DNA of 64,000 nt from Perna viridis (taxonomy: Eukaryota). Shown here one piece after another: positions 53,101 through 64,000 of the stretch. Below the pieces are notes generated by a model. The model made no database searches, was not told the DNA's origin, and worked only from the letters and a program-made list of their open reading frames with translations. Made by a program: the position numbers and the translations under genes. Location: NCBI GenBank assembly GCA_037379345.1, contig CM074512.1, forward strand, positions 11,036,001-11,100,000, given 5' to 3'. The stretch's first letter is position 1. The number at the start of each line of letters is the position of its first letter.

Positions 53101-56100
53101 GATTTTAATGTAACAGTACTTTGCACGCCGTTAGTAATATCAAACATGACGTCGCCAGTTACTTTCTGTCTATTGTATTCAGCATTTGCTTTTGATGAAA
53201 ACATTTTGATATTACCGGTATGTTCCAATTCTACTAACATTTTGTGTTGTTTCCGTCCACTGTATGTTATATCACCCGTTGTTCTGAATCCATACCGCCC
53301 TTTTCTTGTGTGGATGAGTTCGAGTGACATTGGCAGAGAAATTGGTGTTTCTAATTGTCCTGTCATTTCAATATTTCCGAGGAGTCCTTCGCTTGCTCTT
53401 ACTTTACTTGAAGCGGACACTTTGTTTTTATTGTATTCGCCATTTGCCGACATTCTCCAAGATTTAAGGTTACCTTCAAGATTAAATGATATTGCAAATT
53501 CATGCAGTTTCTGTCCATCAAATGAAATGTAGGATTTTGATGTCATTCTGAGCATGGAACCACTTGAGTCAGAACTGAATGATATGTCCCTTGTAAATGG
53601 ACTTTTTATGTAACCACTGACTTGTAAGTTTTCTGGCCTCATATCAACTGAAAACTGAGCTGATGCTGATTTGTATCCGTACTTGATTTCTCCATTAGAC
53701 AGAAATTTCTTTAAAGTCCCAACATGGTTTACTTTCAATGATAAATCTTTTGTGTAAGGTGTTTTGAGGTTGGCATTTAAATCAATACCGTTAAGCGAAG
53801 AAAATTGAACATTTCCACTTCCTGTCATGTCATCTATGTTAATGTAAGCACTGGTTTGGAAGTTTTGTCTTTGACCTCTATGATTAAATGACATTCTTCC
53901 GGACTGTAATATTCTGAAAGGAGATTTTAGAGTCATTTCAACGGAGGCATCGTTCTCAAAGTCTATATTCATCATCATTTCTCCACTCTCAGTCCCGAGG
54001 CTGCATTTGAATGTAGACGCAAATCTATTCCATTTTCCTGTAGTTTCCATTGATGCGGTCAGGTCTTGGGTATATTTTGATCTGAAAGACAACTCTCCTT
54101 TCATTGTTGGTTGTTTCGTTAGTGTTAGTTTTCCATTTACTAATGTCTCTCGTCCATACATGGCTACAATTTGACTTTCATGAGAAATCTCGTCCTGTAA
54201 AAATGAAACTTTTATAGGCCTGTAATTTGGTGTGACAACCGTTAATTTTCCTTCAACTGGACCAAGTGTTGTAAAAGATACATCTATTTGGCTTCTACTC
54301 TTTTGGTACAAGGTTTCGAATCTTGAGACAAAGTTGTTTGAAGTTCCAGAATGGGACAATTTAGCAGTCATATCTTCCATTGTCTTAAAAGGTGTCTTTA
54401 CATTGACTGAAGCTTGTAGTCCAGATTCTAAATTGAGGGAAGTTACAAGGCTAATTGTATTTGAATCTGAATAGGTGATTGTACCTTTTGTCTCTAAGGT
54501 CAATTTGTCTGCAATATGGCTTAGCTGTGCCTTCAAATTACGGTAACCTCTGAAAGGGGTTTGAAGACTACCAGATACATGGACTGGAGACGATTTAAAT
54601 AGAAGATCACCAATAATAGTATCCTTATTCTTTGACATTTCAATATGGCATTTGAAATCTTCAATCTTTCCATCGTGAGTGATTAAAGCCTTTATAGCTT
54701 CGTAGCCTTTATGTGGTGTCCTGATGATCATTTCTGCTGAAACAATTGGGTTCAATTTTGATTTAATATTTGCTGTCCAAATATTTTTACCGACTTTAAC
54801 TTCTGTTTGGCATTTGAAATTTCTAACATCCCCTTCATGAGATATGCGGCTTGATATCTTTCTAAGATTTCTGAATGGTGTTGAAATTGATATTTCAATG
54901 TCAAGGTTTTTCACAAAGTTGAAAGACAGTTCGCCGTCAATTTCTTGCTTCTTTCCCCATTCAGCTTTTGTCTTTGTTCTAAAATTTGATAATCCACCTT
55001 TATGAGAGACAGAAAAGGCAATATCATCCATCCATGGAGATGACAGCTTAATGGATCCTTTTATTCTTTTTCCAGATGTTCCATCGAAATCAAATTTTAT
55101 AGGTTTCCTTTGACCGTAGTTTATCATTGCAGCAGATTTTAAATCTTTCTTATTCCTTAAGTGCGAGAAGGAGGCAGATATGTCATTCATTGACGGTGAT
55201 TTAATGTCAATCGACCCCTGAATCTTCTTCCCATTTGTGAATTTTACATCCAAAGAGTGTTTTTCTTTTTTAGTTAGCTGTAACTCTGCTCCAGATGAGA
55301 AACGTTCCCACGACCCTTTATGACCTATTCGTAAAAAAATAGGATCGTCGTCAGGAAGGTTCAACTTTGCACTTATACTGTGATCATTTTGGAATTCAGT
55401 TTTCAGTTCGGACGAATAAACTTTTCCCTTTGGGTACTCAATCTTTAGTTTTGTAATATAGCCCTCTGTAGTCGCCTTGTTCGATGCAGATGCGGTAAAA
55501 CGTCTAAGCCGTTCAAATGGTGTCACAATGCTGAGGTCAGCATCTAATGTCTTGTCAACCAACAAAATCCTTGAAGTAAATCCAATCACTCTTCTGGGAA
55601 GGTATTCAAGCTTAATGTCTGTCCTTGTCTTTTCATTCTCTGGTCGGTTGGAAAAAGTAATTTCACTATAGGGTATTTGATGGAAAGGTGATTCAAGTCG
55701 AACATTTCCAGAAATCCCACCTATTCTGTTCAGGGTTGACATAATCCTTATGTTTCCGAAAAAAGGCTGCATTTCAATGGAAGCTGAAGAAGTCATAGAC
55801 TTTATGTCACCTTTAAATTCTATTTCGGTGTTAAAACGTTTGAAGCTTTCTGAAGGTGTTGAGACAGTTAGCGAAACGTATTTTGTGATGCCAGTCTTTA
55901 ATTTTCCCTCAGTTGCCATGATCTCTCTGTCTTGATACAAAAAGCGACCAGTCGCTATCAACTCCCCATCTTGAGTTTTCAGGTGAGACTCCGTTGTGAA
56001 AACATTTTTACTGTCTTTACTCATTGTTACAATTGTATCCAAACTTCCATAGCTGTGTGAGTGACTCACTGATATTTGCCCAGCTGAAGATGGCGTTAAT

Positions 56101-59100
56101 CCTTTCACGGTGTATTTAGCAAAAGCTTCTCTCCATTTCAGATTGTGCCTTCCTTTGACTTCTGCATTATAAATGTTCTTGTTCAAGTTGAGACTAATGA
56201 CTGATGACATGTCATTAAGAGTGTTTTTGTGTTCCCATTTTGCAATGTATTGCCTCTTCCTTATACCGATTAAAACATTTCCACTTTGTTGAACCATAAG
56301 ACCTGCTCTGTCGTGTGTCAATCGTCCTTCGTAATTGTATTTCTTGCCATTGAGATCAAGTGATAAGCTGTTTTTCATGGTGTTGTCCTTGTGCTGGTGG
56401 CTTACGGCAACAGAGACACTTCTTACAGAAGGAATATTAGACTTCACTCCCAGATGACCTCGGTATACATCGTTATCCTTCTTAGCAGATCCATGAAATT
56501 GTATTGACTTTTCAGCGGTCTGAATTTTCACAAGAGATTTTATCTCGTTTGTAACATCATGGGATAATTCTAAAGAAGTTGATTGGAAACTCTTAAATGG
56601 AGTTTTCAGGTTCATTGTTGCATGTATACTGTGAAAACTTATTGGTCTTTGTAAAACCAGCATATATGAAACCCGGTTGTCAGGTTTCCAACTGACTTCA
56701 AAGTTAGTTTCATACTGGCTAGTTGCTGAGACATGATCGAGGTCGATTTTTACATATTGCAATGGTTTGTATACTGAATTGACAGTCAAGCTGCATTGTG
56801 TCTTTTCGTTCTTCTGTATAAAAGAACCATCAAGAGAAAGTTGTTTTGCACCATTGGTCACCAGATCAAAATGGGCGCTATCGACTTTTCTGTTCATGTC
56901 CATCTTACTGTTTTGAAAAGGTGTCTTAATTCTCATAAAAGCACTTAAATCTTTCTTGCTCCTGACATCTACTTGGGTATCAATAAGGACTTGTTTAGAC
57001 TTGTCATTGCTTACATCCCATTGAATATCAAACAAACTGAAGTAAGATGAACCTTTTTTCTTGGCTTCTACGTGCCCTTTGACACGTCTAGATGGAACGG
57101 TGAAATCTCCAGATAGTCGTAGGAGTACAGATTTTTTATATTGAGTGTTTATTTCTGCTAGGTAGTCATTGTTCAGTTGTGAGCGAATTCTGAAGTTTCT
57201 TGGGTCAAGACTGATCATTCCTTCAACATGAACGGGATCCCTGCCGTCCATTTTGACGTCAGTACTGACGTCATATTCGTCGTTTCCAATTTTCATTTCA
57301 CTTACAATCTTACTTTTATGACCAGCAATGATTGCAGTTAATTCGTTGCTGTACCGTTTGTTATTTTTCTGTTCCATGTTATTACTAATAGAAAAGTCTT
57401 TTTCATTCCATTTTAAATTAGCTTCTCCGATATAGGACAAGAGTTTTCTTGACTTGTCTTTTAGTTTTAATGTTGCAGATGCTGATTTCTTTTTACCATA
57501 GACGACTCCTATATTGCTTTCAAGATTTTTAGGAGTGTGTCTGTGACCACCTTTGATCTTAAGATCTACTCCCTACAAAATGAATTGACACATTTTACTT
57601 TGCAGATCACGATGAAAAATTTAAGCCAATTACCAGATTCCTTTTAACTTTTCCATTTAATTTTGAAATATTAAAAGTAACTAAGATTGCCTAATCGGGA
57701 GATTAGTTGCGATGAAATATTTTATTGATGACGTTTAGTCAATTCTTTGATTCTTTTCTCAACTTTTTCCGAAAAAAAAAGCTCGAATAAAACATTTTCT
57801 TATGTATACTGTTTGTGAATATTACACTCAATCAATTACCATAGCCAAGTGTTTAATATCAGCAGTGACGTCCAGGTCTGATTTCTTCCATCCAAGTTCA
57901 TGACGTACTAAAGATGACACAATAATTCTCTTATTTTCATCTTTTTTCTTTGCTCCGTATTTCAGATCAAAGTCGACTTTAGAAAGTCTTCCTTTGTTAC
58001 TCATATCGGTTGAAAAAGACACGTCATAGTCACTGTTCCTTTTGAATGTGATTTGTCTATAATAATATAGTAAGTTACAGTTAGTCCTAGTAATTAGGTT
58101 CTTACACTGGTTTCTACAGAATATTCGTTTTAAAAGAATGGTAAAAATGTATGAAAGGGTTTTTAACGGTGGGGACGGCTGGGGTACAGTGGATCGAATG
58201 GAAACTCGATAAATGTAGGTAGGGAAAATCTAAACATTTAAAAAAAATGTTTACAAGTATTAGAACATTTTGATTTGACAGTAGTGGGTTTGTTGAGCGA
58301 CAACGAATAGGATGTGTTTCATTTTCTATGTTAAATACTAATATTAACAATTGAAACCAATGTACTTACTTCCTAAAGTATGACAAATAATTAAGGTGGC
58401 ATATATATGTCTGCCGCAAAAAAAACAGTCATTTATGGAAAAGTCAAATATTGTAACTTAGTATTGAAATTATGAAGGTCATATAAAATATACTTAGAAG
58501 AAACATGACCACTTAGTACCTGAGAGTAATTTTAAATAGACAAACTTAAGAGATTTTTTACTTACCCATTCCCGTTTACTGACCAGACACTTTTGGTAAA
58601 CCGGTAGCTAACTTTACTGTTGCCAGTGATTCTGTCTCGGCTGACCTTAGGAATAACGTAGTCCATGTTTACTCTCGAAATCAATGAGGACTTCTGGAGA
58701 ACGAAGTTTGTATTGCCTTTCAGTCTAAGCACCGGAGTAGTAACATCCACTTTAGACTGGTACCTTGTACCAGACTTTTTCACAGATCTGACAATTTTTG
58801 CTGTAATAAAGGTATGTTGTTTTTAACATTGAATCCAGATATCTTTGATTTTGTTGGTTGTCTAAGCGGATCCATTCTACAAGTTAAGATTACAAAGGGC
58901 AAGTATAAAAGAAGAGTCCCACTCTTTAACATTACCTTTAGGAAGAGTAATCAAGGGAACCAAGGTTCTAGTGGTAATCAAAAGAATGTAATCGAGGGAC
59001 AAAGACCAGACATGAAAAACAGACATACACAACAAAAAACATAATGTAACTAAAATGATACATACAAAGTAGCAAAAGCAAATGAGCAACTCGGACTCCA

Positions 59101-62100
59101 CTAAAAATATTGAATTTTAATTTTAGGAAGTGAATTTTAATATTGTTTTTGTTTTCATTATTCCACAGCAATATTAAATTAAAAATTTAATCGTAGTTAA
59201 ATCATAATCTAAAATACTTAATCTTTAAGAAATATATTTAAAAAATATATAAAATTATTTGTCTTAACTTACTATATAGTTTGATTTTCTGATCTAAGAG
59301 TCTGTCTACAATAAGATCAACTAAGATCAGCGATCCAGTTTTGTATTCCAAAGATCCTCCAAATGCTACCTTTTCTTCTTTTGGGGTTCGTACAGAAAGG
59401 AATGGCATGAATTTTATGGCTTTTTTGGTTTCTGTTTTCTGATATCTGGTTTCGAAACTGTAGTCTTTCCCGGGTTCAAAAGAGATAGAAGTCTTAATCG
59501 ACTGCATTGCCTTCTTTGAAATCAGGCTCACTGAAATATCAAATATAAACATGGGAAACTGACGGAGATATTACTTTACTACTAGGTAGTGTGAATTAAA
59601 GTTTATGTTGTCATATTATGTCTATTTAATTTTATACTGTTTATTGTGAAGGGTTATTCAATTGGCACTTTTCTGCTTGCAGTAACATTTAAATGGGAAA
59701 AGAACTATATGATTCCCTTTACTTCTGTCCGTCAAATTATCAATCTTTCAATTTTACCTTTAGTGTGGATTGGTTGTTTAGATAAACCACTTAGGGTAAT
59801 CTCGCCATCAAAGTTTTTACCAGCAACAAATTCCACCTTACTACTGAGTTTAATGTTCTCCGTGTTAGGTACAATAATTTCTACATATGGATTGTATGTG
59901 AATAGTTGTCCTTTCCTGGATTTAATCCATTCCCCAGTGATGGAATATTCGTTTTCGTTGTCAATTACGATTCTTCCAGTCAGTTGCTTCTGTTTACCAT
60001 CACCTACAAGGGCCCCTGTGAAATAAACNNNNNNNNNNNNNNNNNNNNNNNNNNNNNNNNNNNNNNNNNNNNNNNNNNNNNNNNNNNNNNNNNNNNNNNN
60101 NNNNNNNNNNNNNNNNNNNNNNNNNNNNNNNNNNNNNNNNNNNNNNNNNNNNNNNNNNNNNNNNNNNTGTTTGTTGAATAAAGAGTTGTATTATTAATTA
60201 AGATCAAGTAAAATAATATAAATTTGAATTTTCAAGCTTAAGTGTAAAATATTCGGCAGTTTTCTTCTGTACCTCTAATCGAAGCTTGTTTCCATGGTGA
60301 TATTAATGTGACTTCAATTACTGGATCTGGTCTGAACAAAACATCAAAAATCATCTGACGATTGACCTTCGTAGATCTTGGTGTGTTGAAAGCTGCTCTG
60401 ATTCTTGATTCACCCTTTGACTAAAATAAAACAATATAAACAATGTTTGATTAAATACTAGTTAAAAAGTCAAATATTCTAATTTAAATGTGATAGTTTG
60501 ATTATATTAAAATGGTAACAAGAAACTATTTAATCGTAAAAATATGAATACATGAGTTTACCTTGACAAGTTTGTATTCCAAGTTATAGCTAGCGTGAGT
60601 GTCACGTTTATGGAGAGTTATCCCGGCACTGATAGGTCCAGTCAATGGGAAGTATGGCGCGTCAGCTTTTAGTGAAGCATTAGGATATTGAATTTCAGCA
60701 CATAGTTCAAGTCCTGTTATCTTGGAAAGTTTGTCACCTGAACAGACTTTCTTTGTCTGCCTATTCTTTGTTATCATTTTCTGCTCTCGTTCCACTTCGC
60801 GATTAACAGTGAAAAAAGCAGTTCTGTAAAGTAAATAAAAAATACACAGACGGACGAATAAAATTCATAGAATATTGTATTATATCGGCGTTAAAGCACC
60901 AAAAATGGAAATATATTTCCTGAGCAATAAACAAAACAGTAAAAGTCATCTTCATCTTATGATAATATTACTTCAATACAATTGGAAATCAAAAGATATT
61001 TTTAGAAAGTTTCAGTGCTAACATACTTGACGTTAAAAACTTCAACTTTGTCGAAAGGTGTTTTCAGCTGTGCACTTAGGATTTTTCCCTCATGTAATTC
61101 AATCTGTCCTTCAACTGAAGAAACGGAGTGCATTGTTGAAACCATTTTCATTCCACTTTTAGTGACGAAGGCATCAATACTCATCATGCTGTTGATTTGG
61201 ACAGAACCACTAGAATATAAAATATTGATCAGCATTTATTGTTTTGATACTATACTGGAACATATGTTTTACGGTTAATATAGCTGTTGAATGGAGCATA
61301 GTAAAGTTGAATTTCAAGTTCGATACAATTAAAACCTCTTGTGAAATATCACATAACCTTTGAAAGGAAAATAATTTTGTCTAATTTATTAACTTTGCCT
61401 TAATAGAGATGCATACTTGACTCCTTACCTTGGTTTCAATGACCCTTCAATAGACAGACTTGGTGTCTTGGTTGTCAGTCTGCGGATGTCGAATTTACCA
61501 GATGCCGTTAGATCAATAGTAGCTGATCCTTCAATTGTCAAATTGAGTGGTAGACCAGCAATAGTTGGAATGATCATACTACTGTCCATAAACATGAAGT
61601 TCTGTGTAAAAGTATAGTCCTTCCTGTTGGCTAGAGCATTAACAATGTCCATAATATTAATAGATTTTCCATTCGTTATGTCATCAAGTCCGGCCAGTCT
61701 GGTGTACATTAGTTCATTTCCAAATACTCTCAAGTAGATTTCCCCCTTTAATGCATCCATTTCAGAACCATACTACAACAAATTTATTACAGACATATCA
61801 TATGGGACTAAAATTGAAATTTCAAAATAATAAAATGCATTAAAGATAAGGAATATAAAAATCAAAATATTAGTCACTTTTACAGTTGTAATGTTTTTAA
61901 TATATATAAATAACTGACGCATTTTTATGATAGGTAGAAAGAAAAAATACAGTGATACCTGTTTATTAATAGATTCCATTTTTCTGTCGCTAATTCCGCG
62001 AATTGACTGCTTTGAAACGTCCTTCATATCGTCTGACCGGAAGTATCCATTTGGTCCGAAGTAGGATTCTAAGAAGTACTCTAAACCTTCAATTCGTCCA

Positions 62101-64000
62101 CCTATCTCTAGAAGATTGACTGAGTGTCCGAAGAGGTCAAAAGTTATGTTTGTCATGGCAGATCTTGGCAAAAATGACTTTGAAGACCAGATTACATTAC
62201 TATCAATAGACGCCCCTGTATTAAGCTTTTCCAAAAATAAGGAACCTTCATAATTTCTGGAATATTTCAGTTTTTCTAGATCAAAATGCTTTTTAAGTTC
62301 CCTGTCATTAATTATGCGTTTGATTTCCTGTTTGAGAGGATTGGAGGTCTCTGCCAAATTAGTAAGATGTGACCATACAAAAGATCCGACTTGGTTCACC
62401 TCTTCTGTTTCCAACAGATATCGGACTCTAGAAAGTACAATGTCGGACGGACATTTCATGATAGCAAGGTAAGCAGCAATTCTTAGCTCAGAGTCTTCAT
62501 CTCTGTTTCTAACCAACGCCATAATGTCATCACGCTGTAAAATAACAAAGTTCTCTTAATCGTTAAGATAACGTGATCATATAGAAAATTTGTGAACCAT
62601 ATAACCTTCTAGCTGTAAAATTAAATTAACACACTTTTAATATGGGATTAAAACTGAAGTTTCTTTTATCAAAATAATAAAATGCATTTAAGATAAAAAT
62701 CAAAATACCAAATACTTCTACAGTTTTTATGTAATGATTTTTTATATATATCTAAATAATTGACCTGGTCTGGACCAAGTCCCTGGATTACAATTATTTG
62801 ATTTACGCTTGAATCTTGGTTCCCTTTAGTACTATTTAGACTATACAATTACCAGTTTGTTGACCATTTAACACTTAGCAAGTATTTCTTTTTTTTATAC
62901 TCACCTCGACAGAACATGGCATACGCCTGAAAGCTTGGATGGCTGCTAAACGAATCTCCGTTGGATTGTCTTTCCTCGACATGCACTTGGTAATTGAGCT
63001 GACAGCGTTCTGGACATAACCAGCATTACCAAGGGATTTCAGACTCATAAGAACCTGTAATTGTAAATGCAAGAGTACATTATAATTGGCAATAGAAGTA
63101 GAGATTATAGTACTTGAAAAATTCACGGAAAATGCCATCTTCCCAATGTCAGGGCTGCTGTGTCCACTTGTGTTCGTTGGAATGTTACATTGAGAGGATA
63201 GAAAAGTGCAAGTGTTCAGAACTTGAGTGAATAATTCCTTTTTAATATTACAATACAAATCATTGTCGTAATTTATTGTTTACCTTGTTGGTGTTGTCTT
63301 TGTCAACATAGCATCCAACTCCGATTTTATTTTCAATAGCAGAGACCATTGATACAATGTCAATGTCATTCTCGCAAGATTCCCTTCTACAGTAGGAATG
63401 GATAAGTGACGATATACCAAGCATCGCCTTGTCGTTACCTTCAGATGACAAAAGAGGCTGAAAATGTAAAGATAATGGTTATTATGATACACGAGAATAC
63501 GAGAATACCGTATTCCATAATGCTTTGTTAAATTAGGTGGATACCAAACTTTTGCATTCTGAGCAACTTCAATGATTATATTCACATTAATTTAGCTTTA
63601 ATTTTAAGAATCTATTTAGATGAACATTTGATTACTTACTTTGACTTCAATGAGCATGTCTTTGGTGGGATCTTTGATGAATGCCAGTGTTGTTAACCAC
63701 ATGTTAGCTTCAATTCCTGTCACTTCCTTATTCCCAATAAGTGTTGCGATCATTCTCAGTGACGCTTGTGTTCCTAACATTGGGATGGCGTCCAGGAAAA
63801 ATTTCCTTTAAAGTTAACAAAACATAATCAATCCACTTTCCGCAATAACAACAGATTGAGATGTTGTTTTAGAAATTCAAACAAATAGGCAAGCTTACTA
63901 ATATAGTTGTTCAATGTACAATTCTAGTCACCATATCTATCCTTTTTAATACTTACTCTACTCTTTTCTGGTTCGATTTACAGAAACTAGCCCCCTTGAC
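44148..64000 (-). CDS. LLTP copy 2, exons 7 (partial) to 30; 5' end lies beyond the window
   Basis: Collinear near-identical copy offset by about 40,220 bp: last exon 44438-44148, giant exon 57572-48840, exon 11 62534-61959. The splice sites I checked remain GT-AG and I saw no in-exon stops or frameshifts. Confidence 0.88.
48840..57572 (-). CDS. Giant exon of copy 2 (8,733 nt)
   Basis: Same length and splice sites as 8620-17352; about 22 amino-acid differences counted from the two track translations. Confidence 0.9.
60029..60167. other. Run of about 139 N at the same intronic position in copy 2
   Basis: Seen directly; same left flank gtgaaataaac. Confidence 0.95.

Larger units (their letters stand above)
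40873..64000 (+). repeat. Segmental direct duplication of 251-~23770 (LLTP gene plus 3' flank)
   Basis: Homology begins at atgtactaaatgaaataatttt (about 251) / atgtactgaatgaaattatttt (about 40873) and continues collinearly to the window end; offset about 40.6 kb at the start and about 40.2 kb within the gene. Confidence 0.95.

Noticed and set aside
1-64000. Prokaryotic features (CRISPR arrays, operons, rRNA)
   Set aside because: None seen; spliceosomal introns and metazoan transposons show this is animal nuclear DNA.

Overview
AT-rich, intron-containing animal DNA. The repeat families suggest a bivalve mollusc, possibly a mytilid (inference). The window holds two head-to-tail, minus-strand copies, about 40.2 kb apart, of a very large lipid transfer protein (LLTP; apolipophorin/apoB-like) gene. 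Copy 1 is complete (26355->3932). By hand I find 30 GT-AG coding exons with consistent phases, about 14.9 kb of CDS and about 4,970 aa. Its layout is signal peptide, Vitellogenin_N/LPD_N, a single 8,733-nt exon of amphipathic beta-strand 'TPF' repeats, and a C-terminal VWD domain. Copy 2 (44148->window end) is about 99% identical in the gene body but much more diverged in the 3' flank, and both copies have an N-run at the same intronic site. The roughly 14-kb spacer and the flanks contain a decayed Ty3/Gypsy element with a nested solo-LTR-like insert, several Penelope-like fragments, Helentron-associated (HINE)-like elements and a 185-bp palindrome. They also contain an intact 507-bp retroposon with a perfect 14-bp target-site duplication (TSD). 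This element has no tRNA head and begins with a compact structured RNA resembling a hatchet-type self-cleaving ribozyme, which is the most speculative but potentially most novel signal. All coordinates and counts were derived by eye; no searches were run.
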